Source: Ruminococcus sp. (GTDB lineage: Bacteria > Bacillota > Clostridia > Oscillospirales > Acutalibacteraceae). From it: DNA of 64,000 bases. Position numbers and translations under genes: made by a program. The stretch is taken from contig JAXJTT010000183.1 in the NCBI GenBank assembly GCA_036309445.1, forward strand, positions 1,073-65,072. The letters are read 5' to 3'. The notes beneath the pieces were generated by a model. That model was not told where the DNA came from, did no database searches, and saw only the letters and a list, made by a program, of their open reading frames with translations. Each line of letters starts with the position of its first letter. The stretch's first letter is position 1. This document shows, piece by piece, positions 1 to 9,145 of the stretch.

Positions 1-2
1 CC

Positions 3-662
3 CGTTGGGCTGAGGCTCATGGTTTCAATGTAAAAGAAGTAGACTACCTTGACGGTGATGAAGCTGGTCTTAAGAGTGCTGTGCTTCTTATTGAAGGCGA
101 AAATGCATATGGTTATCTTAAGAGTGAAGCAGGTGTTCACAGACTTGTGCGTGTTTCTCCTTTTGACTCACAGGGAAGACGTCACACAAGTTTCTCATCA
201 TTGGAAGTAATGCCTGAAATTGATGATAACATTCAGGTTAATATTGCTCCTGAGGATATTAAGATGGACGTTTATCGTGCCAGTGGTGCAGGTGGTCAGA
301 AGGTAAACAAGACTTCATCTGCTGTACGTCTTACACATATTCCTACAGGTATCGTAGTTGCCAGTCAGGTTGAGCGAAGCCAGTATCAGAACCGTGATGT
401 GGCTATGAAAATGCTTATCTCAAAGCTTATGGAAATCAAAGAGAGAGAGCATCTTGATAAAATCGAAGATATCAAGGGTGTGCAGAAAGAAATCACATGG
501 GGAAGCCAGATCCGAAGCTATGTATTTATGCCTTATACAATGGTAAAGGATCATCGTACATCTCACGAAACAGGTAATATTCAGGCTGTTATGGACGGAG
601 ATATTGACGGCTTTATAAATGCATATATTAAATGTTCAAGTCTTGGCACATTACAGAAATAA
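3..662 (+). CDS. prfB: Peptide chain release factor 2, C-terminal part (5' end lies upstream of the window)
   Basis: Frame 3 is open from the window edge ([37 protein letters not shown]...). GGQ motif in [29 protein letters not shown]. Typical RF-1/RF-2 C-terminal domain. Confidence 0.95.
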   Translation, partial: RWAEAHGFNVKEVDYLDGDEAGLKSAVLLIEGENAYGYLKSEAGVHRLVRVSPFDSQGRRHTSFSSLEVMPEIDDNIQVNIAPEDIKMDVYRASGAGGQKVNKTSSAVRLTHIPTGIVVASQVERSQYQNRDVAMKMLISKLMEIKEREHLDKIEDIKGVQKEITWGSQIRSYVFMPYTMVKDHRTSHETGNIQAVMDGDIDGFINAYIKCSSLGTLQK

Positions 663-704
663 ATATAAAAATTATTGTTAGATAATATAAAGAAGGTTTT
701 ATAA

Positions 705-1916
705 GTGAAATATTTTGTTATGTTGTGTGACGGTATGGCTGATGAGCCTGTTGAGGCACTCGGTAATGTTACACCAATGGAAAAGGCTGATAAGCCTTGT
801 ATGAACAGCCTTGCCGCAAAAGGCGAAGTAGGAATGGTAAAAACTGTTGCTGACGGCTTAAAGCCCGGCAGTGACGTTGCAAATCTTTCTGTTTTAGGAT
901 ATGAGCCTGCAAAGTATTACAGCGGACGTTCTCCGCTTGAGGCTGCAAGCATCGGAATTGACCTTAAGGATACAGATGTAACACTCAGATGTAACCTTGT
1001 GACTCTTTCTGATGAAGAGGATTACGAGAAAAAGACAATCATTGATTATTGTGCTGATGATATTTCAACAGAAGATGCAAGAGTTCTTGTTGAGTATATT
1101 CAGGAAAATCTCGGTACGGAAATTTTTAAGTTCTATCCGGGCGTTTCTTATCGTCACTGTCTTGTATGGAGTAACGGAAATCCAAATCCGGGTGAACTTA
1201 CACCCCCTCACGATATTACAGGCAGAGTTATTACAGAGTATATTCCAAAGGGCGAGTATACTGTTGAGCTTTATGAGCTTATGAAGAAGAGTTATGAGCT
1301 TCTTAAAAATCATCCTCTTAACCTTAAGAGAATTGAAAACGGTAAGCGTCCTGCTAACTCTATCTGGTTATGGGGTGAGGGTACAAAACCGCTTCTTGAT
1401 GATTTCAGCGATAAATTCGGCAAAAATGGTAGTATGATTTCTGCCGTTGACCTTTTAAAGGGTATTGCTATCTGTGCAGGTATGAACAGCGTTGATGTTG
1501 ATGGTGCTACAGGATATATCGATACTGATTTTGACGGAAAGTGCAAGGCTGCCATTGAAGAATTTAAAAATGGTGCTGACTTTGTTTATGTTCATGTTGA
1601 AGCTCCTGACGAGTGTGGTCACAGAGGTGAAACAGAAAACAAAGTTAAGTCAATTGAGCTTATTGATAAGCACATTCTTGGTCCTGTAACAGAGTTCTTA
1701 AGAGGTTATGACGATTTTGCGGTGCTTGTGTGCCCTGACCATCCTACACCTCTTTCAATCCGTACACATAGTTCAAATCCTGTGCCTTATCTTATTTATG
1801 ACAGCAAAAATGAAGTTGACAGCAAGGTTGAGAACTTCTGTGAGAAAGAAGCAGAAAACACAGGCAACTTTATTGAAAAAGGTTTCACAATGATGAATTA
1901 TTTCCTTTCAAAATAA
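705..1916 (+). CDS. Cofactor-independent phosphoglycerate mutase family metalloenzyme (ApgM type; some members are proposed homoserine kinases)
   Basis: 403 aa, GTG start after AGAAGG. N-terminal MLCDGMADEP, HVEAPDECGHRGE and CPDHPTP motifs typical of the alkaline-phosphatase-superfamily ApgM group. Confidence 0.8.
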   Translation: MKYFVMLCDGMADEPVEALGNVTPMEKADKPCMNSLAAKGEVGMVKTVADGLKPGSDVANLSVLGYEPAKYYSGRSPLEAASIGIDLKDTDVTLRCNLVTLSDEEDYEKKTIIDYCADDISTEDARVLVEYIQENLGTEIFKFYPGVSYRHCLVWSNGNPNPGELTPPHDITGRVITEYIPKGEYTVELYELMKKSYELLKNHPLNLKRIENGKRPANSIWLWGEGTKPLLDDFSDKFGKNGSMISAVDLLKGIAICAGMNSVDVDGATGYIDTDFDGKCKAAIEEFKNGADFVYVHVEAPDECGHRGETENKVKSIELIDKHILGPVTEFLRGYDDFAVLVCPDHPTPLSIRTHSSNPVPYLIYDSKNEVDSKVENFCEKEAENTGNFIEKGFTMMNYFLSK

Positions 1917-1945
1917 AGTAACGACATAATACGCTGAAAATTTTT

Positions 1946-1995
1946 CATCCTTACGTTTATAATTGTCTTAACAATAAAACGTAAGGATGTTTTTG
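1946..1995 (+). terminator. Rho-independent terminator after the mutase gene
   Basis: Stem CATCCTTACG (1946-1955) / CGTAAGGATG (1980-1989) followed by TTTTTG. Confidence 0.7.
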
Positions 1996-1996
1996 T

Positions 1997-2149
1997 ATGC
2001 AATTGATTTTTCTACTGCCAATTGTTATGTTGGTTGTTGGTTGTGTTATTTTTGCTCTTTATAAAATAGGTAAGTTTAAAAGATTGCACAAACCTAAAAT
2101 AATTATTTATAAGAAAAGCATTGATAAAAATAAAACGGATGAAGTCTGA
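1997..2149 (+). CDS. Small hypothetical membrane peptide (50 aa), below the ORF-track cutoff
   Basis: ATG at 1997. MQLIFLLPIVMLVVGCVIFALYKIGKFKRLHKPKIIIYKKSIDKNKTDEV: one hydrophobic helix plus a Lys-rich tail. Bracketed by two hairpin terminators. No clear SD. Confidence 0.3.
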   Translation: MQLIFLLPIVMLVVGCVIFALYKIGKFKRLHKPKIIIYKKSIDKNKTDEV

Positions 2150-2164
2150 AGCTTCATCCGTTTT
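2132..2164. terminator. Bidirectional terminator hairpin
   Basis: AAAACGGATGAAG / CTTCATCCGTTTT with A-run on one side and T-run on the other. Sits between convergent ORFs 1997-2149 (+) and 2179-2430 (-). Confidence 0.7.
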
Positions 2165-2178
2165 GTCGTATACAACTG

Positions 2179-2430
2179 TTATTCAAGCTCTAAAGCCTCT
2201 TCAATGGCGATAGAAAGCTGATCCGGACAAGATGTGCCCCTGCCGTTGCAGTCAATGCCTCTTAAACGATTCATAGCTTCTTCGGCATCCATACCTGTTA
2301 CAAGTGAACAGATACCCTGAGTGTTTCCTGAACATCCGCCTGTGAATTTACAGCTTGTGATAATGCCATTGTCAATTTCAATTGTAATCTGTCTGGAGCA
2401 TACGCCTCTTGGAATAAATGTATATTTCAT
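2179..2430 (-). CDS. TSCPD-domain small protein (TIGR03905-like)
   Basis: 83 aa with CSRQI...GGCSGN...GTSCPDQL motifs characteristic of the TSCPD domain family. Confidence 0.75.
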   Translation of the reverse strand: MKYTFIPRGVCSRQITIEIDNGIITSCKFTGGCSGNTQGICSLVTGMDAEEAMNRLRGIDCNGRGTSCPDQLSIAIEEALELE

Positions 2431-2567
2431 TATAAACTTCCTTTCATTACTTTTCGGTTTATCTTATCACATAATTCAAAAAAAATCTACTTTTTTCTTT
2501 TTATTTATTTAGAATTAGGTAGATTTGTGTTATAATAAGCTCTATCATAATAAAGAGGTAGTTTGTA

Positions 2568-3587
2568 ATGTCAATTAAAATAAATCTTGGAGCGTGGAAT
2601 TCAATATTTGCAGTACCGTCTGCGGTTGTGGACGAGGGCTTGAAGTTTTCTGATGGTGTAAAGCTTAAGGTGCTTTTGTATCTTCTCAGATACAGCGGAG
2701 AAGATATGGACGAAAATCAGATTTCGAAGGCTACAGGTGTTAATGTATCAGATATACCCGAAGCTATTGAATACTGGGTTTCCAGAGGAATTTTTAAAAA
2801 GACAAATGATGAATTTGTTCCGATAGAGAAAGAACAGCAGATTTCTGAAAAAGTTACTGTTCAGGCTGAAAAATTCGAGCCTGTTACATCAGAGATAAAA
2901 GAAAGTGATCCGGAAACAAAAACACCTGTTGTAACTATGAAACCTCGCAGACCGGATTATGTGTTTGTTGCTCAGCAACTTGCGGTTGATGAAGAGTTTA
3001 AAATCCTTGTTAATGAAGCTCAGACAGCATTAGGTAAAACTCTTTCAAATTCAGATGCGGCTTCACTGCTTATGCTAAAAAATACTTGCGGATTGCCGAT
3101 TGATGTTATAATTATGCTCATTCAGTATTGCCTCAGCATTAATAAAGCTAATGTGAGGGCTATTGAAACACTAGGCATAAAATGGTCTGATGAAGGAATT
3201 TTCTCCATAGAAGCGGCTGAAAACAAAATAATGCTTGCAAGACGTTCAAGTATGAATTTTTCAATAGTGTCAGCAGCCTTCGGCCTTAAAAATATCGGTT
3301 CTCCAACCAAAAAACAGATGGAATATGCTGATGTTTGGGTAGGGGAATGGAAGTTTTCATCAGAAATGCTCAGAGAAGCGTACGAAAGATGTGTTGACAG
3401 CAAAGGTACAGCTGATTTCAGATATATAAACGGTATTCTTAAACGCTGGAATACAAATGGTATTTTCAATAAAGCTGACCTTGAAAAATCTGAGCTTGCA
3501 GGAAAGCAAAATGATAAAAAAGAAAAAAGCACTTCATCATTTAATATCAGTGACCTTGAGAAATTTAATTACATAAATAAGATATGA
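2568..3587 (+). CDS. DnaD-domain replication protein (DnaB/DnaD-like helicase-loading factor)
   Basis: 339 aa. SD AAAGAGG. C-terminal DnaD/DnaB_2-type repeat (FRYINGILKRWNTNGI). Immediately followed by a DnaC/DnaI-like ATPase, as in Firmicute dnaB-dnaI operons. Confidence 0.75.
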   Translation: MSIKINLGAWNSIFAVPSAVVDEGLKFSDGVKLKVLLYLLRYSGEDMDENQISKATGVNVSDIPEAIEYWVSRGIFKKTNDEFVPIEKEQQISEKVTVQAEKFEPVTSEIKESDPETKTPVVTMKPRRPDYVFVAQQLAVDEEFKILVNEAQTALGKTLSNSDAASLLMLKNTCGLPIDVIIMLIQYCLSINKANVRAIETLGIKWSDEGIFSIEAAENKIMLARRSSMNFSIVSAAFGLKNIGSPTKKQMEYADVWVGEWKFSSEMLREAYERCVDSKGTADFRYINGILKRWNTNGIFNKADLEKSELAGKQNDKKEKSTSSFNISDLEKFNYINKI

Positions 3588-3597
3588 GGTAATCTGT

Positions 3598-4590
3598 ATG
3601 GGATACAGTAACGAAATATATAAAATTGCCAAATCTAAAATTGAAGAACGCAGAATGAACGCAGAAAGAGAGTCTGACAGAAGAAGAAAAGAAATATACT
3701 CACAATATCCTGATGTTCAGAGAATCGAAAATGAAATATCAAAGAGTGGCACACTTGCGGCAAGGGCTGTTATCAGCGGAGGCGATGTCAGAGCAACGGT
3801 AGAAGCCCTGAGAGAAAAAAACCTTGCCTTACAGGCTGAATTAAGAGATTTTTTTATAAATAAAGGTTATTCTCCCGATTATTTTGAGCCTGAGTACACT
3901 TGTAAGCTTTGTAAGGATACAGGATATATCGAGAGAAACGGCAAAACTTTGTATTGTAACTGCTTTAAAAGGCTTTTAATAGCATCAGCCTGCGAACAAC
4001 TTAACAGAACTGCACCGCTTACTTTATCTACTTTTGAATCATTTGATTTAAGCAGATACAGCAAGGAGGTTCACACTGATTTTAATGTATCACCTTATGG
4101 TAATATTACTCAGGTGTATAATTATTGTCTGAATTATGCAAAAACATTTACTGTTGACTCAAAGAATATTCTTATGAGAGGCGGTACAGGTCTTGGCAAA
4201 ACTCATTTATCTCTTGCAATAGCAAATGAAGTAATCAGGAGAGGCTTTGGCGTTATTTATGTTTCTGCACCTGCTCTTATGTCTAAACTCGAAAAGCTTC
4301 GTTTCTCAAAAGAAGATGAAGATTCTTATATTGAGATGCTTACTAATTGTGATTTGCTTATTGTTGATGATTTGGGTACGGAGTTTCACAGTCAGTTCTC
4401 TGCATCTCAGTTCTATAATTTATGTAATTCAAGATTGCTTTTAAGAAAGCCTTTTATTATTAATACTAACCTTTCTATAGCGGAACTTCAGAAGTCATAT
4501 TCCGAGAGATTTATCTCAAGAATATTTGGTGACAGCACCAGTGTTCTTAACTTTTTCGGAGACGATATCAGGCTTCAAAAAAGTTTTTAA
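3598..4590 (+). CDS. DnaC/DnaI-like helicase loader AAA+ ATPase
   Basis: Walker A GGTGLGKTHL, Walker B LLIVDDLG, N-terminal Cys cluster CKLCKDTGY...YCNC as in DnaI-type loaders. Confidence 0.85.
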   Translation: MGYSNEIYKIAKSKIEERRMNAERESDRRRKEIYSQYPDVQRIENEISKSGTLAARAVISGGDVRATVEALREKNLALQAELRDFFINKGYSPDYFEPEYTCKLCKDTGYIERNGKTLYCNCFKRLLIASACEQLNRTAPLTLSTFESFDLSRYSKEVHTDFNVSPYGNITQVYNYCLNYAKTFTVDSKNILMRGGTGLGKTHLSLAIANEVIRRGFGVIYVSAPALMSKLEKLRFSKEDEDSYIEMLTNCDLLIVDDLGTEFHSQFSASQFYNLCNSRLLLRKPFIINTNLSIAELQKSYSERFISRIFGDSTSVLNFFGDDIRLQKSF

Positions 4591-4619
4591 AAATTTTTAA
4601 AAAAAGTTTTAAAAAAGTG

Positions 4620-4648
4620 TTGACAAATCAGATAAGATAATATATAAT
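4620..4648 (+). promoter_or_regulatory. Consensus sigma-A-type promoter for the tRNA pair
   Basis: TTGACA (4620-4625), 17-nt spacer, TATAAT (4643-4648). Preceded by alternating A/T tracts at 4575-4617 (UP-element-like). Confidence 0.7.
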
Positions 4649-4701
4649 AACTATCGTTGCAGGGACACAGCGAAGAGCTAAGGAAATGCAACGAGAAACA
4701 T

Positions 4702-4775
4702 TGAGGAATAGTGTAACGGTAGCACGACAGACTCTGACTCTGTTTGTTGGGGTTCGAATCCCTATTCCTCAACCA
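4702..4775 (+). tRNA. tRNA-Gln (anticodon CTG)
   Basis: Acceptor TGAGGAA/TTCCTCA. T-arm GGTTCGAATCC. Anticodon loop CTCTGAC. Encoded CCA end. 74 nt. Confidence 0.85.
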
Positions 4776-4814
4776 GATAAAAACAGCTCCGAGTAAATCG
4801 GAGCTGTTTTAATT

Positions 4815-4891
4815 CGAGGTGTAGCGCAGTTTGGTAGCGTACATCGTTCGGGACGATGGGGTCGCAAGTTCGAATCTTGTCACCTCGACCA
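4815..4891 (+). tRNA. tRNA-Pro (anticodon CGG)
   Basis: Acceptor CGAGGTG/CACCTCG. D-arm AGCGCAGTTTGGTAGCG. Anticodon stem CATCG/CGATG with loop TTCGGGA. T-arm AGTTCGAATCT. Encoded CCA. 77 nt. Confidence 0.85.
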
Positions 4892-4893
4892 CA

Positions 4894-4930
4894 GAACGCC
4901 GAGCCTTATGTGGTTCGGCGTTCGCTTATT
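4894..4930 (+). terminator. Terminator after tRNA-Pro
   Basis: GAACGCCGA (4894-4902) / TCGGCGTTC (4915-4923) followed by GCTTATTTAT. Confidence 0.6.
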
Positions 4931-4961
4931 TATACATAATTTATTTTATCGGAGGTACCTT

Positions 4962-5420
4962 ATGAAAAAGATTTGTTCATTATTAGCTGCACTTACTCTC
5001 TCATTTGTAATGCTCACAGGTTGTTCATCAACAAGCGTTGACCTTTCTGCCGCTATGACAGATATTAAAACACAGTGTTCTTTTGAATTAAAACAGCTTT
5101 CAACTACTGACGATTTACAGAAGTATTATAATATTGCTCCTGAAGATGTTAAGCAGTTTGCGGCTGAGATTTATTCAGACAGCACAACTCGTATTGAAAT
5201 CGTACTCGTAGAGGCTGTAGATGCAGAAGCTACAGAAAGAGTAAACGAGGCACTTACAACAACATACAATTCTATTATTAATCAGTATGCTGGATATAAT
5301 CAGGAAAAACTTCCTTTGATTGAGGCTTGTAAAGTAACTCAGGATGGTAACTATGTTTCACTTATCGTTGCTGAAAACGGTCCTGAGCTTCTTGAAACAT
5401 ATTACAATCACGTTAAATAA
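4962..5420 (+). CDS. Putative lipoprotein (possibly DUF4358-like)
   Basis: Start moved to ATG 4962 after GGAGG. Signal peptide plus lipobox MKKICSLLAALTLSFVMLTGC. The upstream part of track ORF 4908 overlaps the tRNA terminator. Confidence 0.6.
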   Translation: MKKICSLLAALTLSFVMLTGCSSTSVDLSAAMTDIKTQCSFELKQLSTTDDLQKYYNIAPEDVKQFAAEIYSDSTTRIEIVLVEAVDAEATERVNEALTTTYNSIINQYAGYNQEKLPLIEACKVTQDGNYVSLIVAENGPELLETYYNHVK

Positions 5421-5467
5421 TTATATATACAGATTATTTATCTGATTTCTTTAAATATAACATTAAT

Positions 5468-5493
5468 GGGCGGACGGTGTTCGCCCGTTTGTT
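5468..5493 (+). terminator. Terminator after the lipoprotein gene
   Basis: GGGCGGA / TTCGCCC stem (one G-U pair) followed by GTTTGTT. Confidence 0.55.
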
Positions 5494-5560
5494 ATGTTAT
5501 AAAGACTTTACGTTTGTTATAAAAATTTATGGAAAAATATTTCTTTTACAGGTGTTCACT

Positions 5561-7807
5561 ATGCAAACAGAGTTAAAAAAAGAATTTTCACATATGAATA
5601 GTATGCAACAGCAGGCTGTTTTTTCTACTGAAGGACCTATCCTTATACTTGCGGGTGCAGGTTCCGGTAAGACAACAGTTCTTGTAAACAGAATTGCCTA
5701 TATCCTTAAGTCAGGACTTTGCAAACCTTGGCAGATACTTGCAATTACCTTTACAAATAAAGCCGCTGCAGAGCTTAAGGAGCGTATTTGTAACGCTGTG
5801 CCGGAAGATGGTACGGATATTTGGGCTGCAACTTTCCATTCAACCTGTGCCAGAATTTTGCGTCGTTATGGTGACAGAATCGGATTTTCAAGCCATTTTA
5901 CGGTTTATGGAACCGATGACCAGAAAAAACTTGTCAAAGATATTATGAAACAGCTCAATTACGACGAGAAGATGTTGCCTGTAAAAAATATTCTTTCTGA
6001 GATTTCAAAGGCTAAGGATAAAATGCAGACACCGCAGGAAATGCTCAAAGAAGCAGGTTACGATAATCGCAAGCAATCAATAGCTAAAGTGTTTGAGCTT
6101 TATCAGTCAAGACTAAAAACTGCAGATGCTATGGATTTTGATGATATGCTTTGTAATACGGTGTTACTTTTTGAAAAATGCCCTGATATTTTAGAATATT
6201 ATCAGAATCAGTTTAAATACATAATGGTTGACGAGTATCAGGATACAAACAAAGTTCAGTACAAATTTGTAAGTATGCTTGCTGAAAAATACGGCAATAT
6301 CTGTGTTGTAGGTGATGATGACCAGAGTATCTACAAATTCCGTGGTGCGACCATTGAAAATATTCTTTCTTTTGAAAATACATTCAAAGGTGCACAAATT
6401 ATCCGCCTTGAGCAAAATTATCGTAGTACACAGAATATTCTGAATGCCGCTAACGGTGTTATTGCAAACAATTCAATGCGAAAAGGCAAGACACTGTGGA
6501 CAGAAAACGCTGTAGGCGAAAAAATTGTTGTTCATACTTCTGAGTCTGAACGTGAAGAAGCATCATTTATTTCCCAGACAATACTTGATGGTGTTGCAAA
6601 GGGCAGAAAGTTCTCTGATTTTGCTGTTCTTTACAGAATGAATGCACAGTCGAATGCTATTGAGCAGGCTTTATCAAGGAGTGGTATTCCGCATAGAGTA
6701 ATCGGCGGCAGACGATTCTATGACCGTGAAGAAATCAGGGATATGGTTGCATATCTTCAGGTTATAAATAATCCGCACGATGATGTAAGACTAAGCAGAA
6801 TTATAAATGTTCCTAAGCGTTCAATAGGTAACACAACACTTGCTCATGCTGCTGAAATAGCCGCAGGTGTGGGCGAAAGTATATATACTGTAATTAAAGA
6901 TGCTGACGGATATCCACAACTTTCTCGTGCCGCTTCAAAACTTAAAGCCTTTGTTCAGCTTATAGATGGACTTATTGAAGCAGAACAGAGTGGAGATTAT
7001 TCTCTTGCGGAATTATATAATCTTATTCTTGAGCATACCGAATATGTAAAATATCTTAAAACAGAAAAAGATAATCCGGATGTCAGAATTGAAAATATTG
7101 AAGAGCTTTCTTCAAATATAATTAAATTTGAGGAAGATTATGCTGAAGAAGCTTCGCTTTCAAACTTTCTTGAAGAAATTTCATTGCAGACAGATATTGA
7201 TAACTACGATGCAGAAGCAGACAGTTGTGTTATGATGACACTCCACAGTGCAAAAGGTCTTGAGTTTCCTGTTGTGTTTATCGGTGGTATGGAAGAAGGC
7301 GTATTTCCATCAATCGCTACCATAATGAATCCTGACGAGCTTAATGAGGAACGCAGACTTGCTTATGTAGGTATTACAAGAGCAAAAGAAAAGCTTTATC
7401 TTGTAAAGACAAATTCCCGTATGCTTATGGGCTCAACATCTTACAATAAGGTTTCAAGATTTGTAAACGAAATTCCGCAGAACCTTCTGGAATACACAGG
7501 CGGAAGAAAAACTTACGGTGGTTCTTCTTACTCAGGGTCTACAACATCCAATGCAGAGAAGATATCTGTCGGTACAGGCTTTGGTGCAGGAAAAACGCCT
7601 AACAAGAGTTTCAACACTTTTACAAAGCCTGCGGCACAATCTGGTGTTTCATATAAAGTCGGTGACAGTGTTTTTCACAAGGTATTTGGCAAAGGTATGA
7701 TTACCAAGGCTGAGAAGATGGGTAATGATACTATGCTTGAAGTATCATTTGACAAAGTAGGAACAAAAACTCTTATGGCTAACTTCTGTAAGATGGAAAA
7801 AATCTAA
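5561..7807 (+). CDS. pcrA: ATP-dependent DNA helicase PcrA (UvrD/Rep superfamily 1)
   Basis: LNSMQQQAV...ILAGAGSGKT (motif I), VDEYQDTN (motif II), LEQNYRST, TLHSAKGLEFPVVF, VGITRAKEKLYL. Start chosen at MQTELKK. Confidence 0.9.
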   Translation: MQTELKKEFSHMNSMQQQAVFSTEGPILILAGAGSGKTTVLVNRIAYILKSGLCKPWQILAITFTNKAAAELKERICNAVPEDGTDIWAATFHSTCARILRRYGDRIGFSSHFTVYGTDDQKKLVKDIMKQLNYDEKMLPVKNILSEISKAKDKMQTPQEMLKEAGYDNRKQSIAKVFELYQSRLKTADAMDFDDMLCNTVLLFEKCPDILEYYQNQFKYIMVDEYQDTNKVQYKFVSMLAEKYGNICVVGDDDQSIYKFRGATIENILSFENTFKGAQIIRLEQNYRSTQNILNAANGVIANNSMRKGKTLWTENAVGEKIVVHTSESEREEASFISQTILDGVAKGRKFSDFAVLYRMNAQSNAIEQALSRSGIPHRVIGGRRFYDREEIRDMVAYLQVINNPHDDVRLSRIINVPKRSIGNTTLAHAAEIAAGVGESIYTVIKDADGYPQLSRAASKLKAFVQLIDGLIEAEQSGDYSLAELYNLILEHTEYVKYLKTEKDNPDVRIENIEELSSNIIKFEEDYAEEASLSNFLEEISLQTDIDNYDAEADSCVMMTLHSAKGLEFPVVFIGGMEEGVFPSIATIMNPDELNEERRLAYVGITRAKEKLYLVKTNSRMLMGSTSYNKVSRFVNEIPQNLLEYTGGRKTYGGSSYSGSTTSNAEKISVGTGFGAGKTPNKSFNTFTKPAAQSGVSYKVGDSVFHKVFGKGMITKAEKMGNDTMLEVSFDKVGTKTLMANFCKMEKI

Positions 7808-7836
7808 GCAAATTACGCTATATTAGGGGTGTTTTT

Positions 7837-9051
7837 TTGAAAACATTTTTAAAACAGCTTTTGTGTGTTATACTAGCAGGCAATACTGCGTTATCTTTGT
7901 GTGCCTGTGGTTGTGATGATAAACCAAAAACTGAACCGAGCGATACTACTGCTGTTCAGACAACCAACTCAACGAATAACACCACACAAGTAAATACAAC
8001 GATTCCTGACAACGCTACCACGGATCAGATTCCGTCAATGCCGACTCTGAATCATAATAAAATAAAGCAGGATGCTGAAAGCATAGAAGCCAGATTTAAT
8101 ACAATTCTCAAATCACATAATTTTATGGGAACTATATATTACAAAATCGGAAATGATTTTGAGTATATAGGTAATAATGGCTTTTCTAATGAGGATACAC
8201 ATACATATAATTCGATTAATACCGATTATTATATAGGTTCACTTACCAAGCAGTTTACTGCAGTGGCAATTATGCTTTTGCAGGAAGAAGGTAAGTTAAG
8301 TACATCTGATACATTAGATAAGTATTTTCCGGAATATGAGTATGGCAGTGAAATTACGATAAGACACCTGCTCACAATGACAGACGGTATACCTGATTAT
8401 CTTAATAAAGAAAATGAGCTTACAAAAAATAATACTCGTGTATGTGATGTAGATTCCGATAATTCATACGATCAAAACCACGATATTATTATTAACTGGA
8501 TATTATCGCAGGATCTTGTTGGTGAGTATGAGGAATATAACTATTCTAACTCAGGTTATTATCTGCTTGGTGATATAATTGAGAAGGTAAGTTCAGAAAA
8601 ATATGACGACTATATCAAAAATCATATTTTAGACCCGATAGGTATGTGTAATACAGGTTTCGAAAAAACTGATATGCTCGCTATACCATATCGTAATGTT
8701 CATGATAATTACTGGACAACTTACAATGGTGTAGGTTATTCTTCAGTGGGTATGATTTCAAACATTGGTGATATGCTTAAATGGACTGATGCATTATGCG
8801 GAGAGGAATTTTTGAGTATAAAATCAAAGGAAGAACTATTCACTCCTTATAAATCAGACTTTGCCTGTGGATTTTTTGTAAATGATATGGGGATTTATAA
8901 TAACGATACTTCATTTTACAGTTTCAATTCAACTCAGTATTTCAGTTATGAAAAATCACTGATATTCTTTGCTTTTTCTAACTATTCTCAGAATGATTTA
9001 GCTATCGTAAAGGCCGAATTTGACAAGGTTATAGAAGAATATATTATTTAG
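7837..9051 (+). CDS. Serine hydrolase, beta-lactamase/PBP4* family, probable lipoprotein
   Basis: TTG start. Signal with Cys cluster LSLCACGC. SxxK motif GSLTKQFTA and YxN motif YSNSGY of class-C-like beta-lactamase fold. Confidence 0.75.
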   Translation: MKTFLKQLLCVILAGNTALSLCACGCDDKPKTEPSDTTAVQTTNSTNNTTQVNTTIPDNATTDQIPSMPTLNHNKIKQDAESIEARFNTILKSHNFMGTIYYKIGNDFEYIGNNGFSNEDTHTYNSINTDYYIGSLTKQFTAVAIMLLQEEGKLSTSDTLDKYFPEYEYGSEITIRHLLTMTDGIPDYLNKENELTKNNTRVCDVDSDNSYDQNHDIIINWILSQDLVGEYEEYNYSNSGYYLLGDIIEKVSSEKYDDYIKNHILDPIGMCNTGFEKTDMLAIPYRNVHDNYWTTYNGVGYSSVGMISNIGDMLKWTDALCGEEFLSIKSKEELFTPYKSDFACGFFVNDMGIYNNDTSFYSFNSTQYFSYEKSLIFFAFSNYSQNDLAIVKAEFDKVIEEYII

Positions 9052-9145
9052 TTTTAATTTTATCACAAATAATAAAAACCTCCATAAGATGTATTGATAC
9101 AGAGCCGCAAAAAGCCTGTTAAATATATTTATGGAGGTTATTTTT

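Noticed and set aside
3-662. Programmed +1 frameshift site of prfB
   Set aside because: The known frameshift site lies near the 5' end of the gene, which is outside this window and cannot be assessed.
4587-4772. 61-aa minus-strand track ORF
   Set aside because: It lies entirely over the tRNA promoter, leader and tRNA-Gln gene. It has no SD, and the region is explained by the tRNA.
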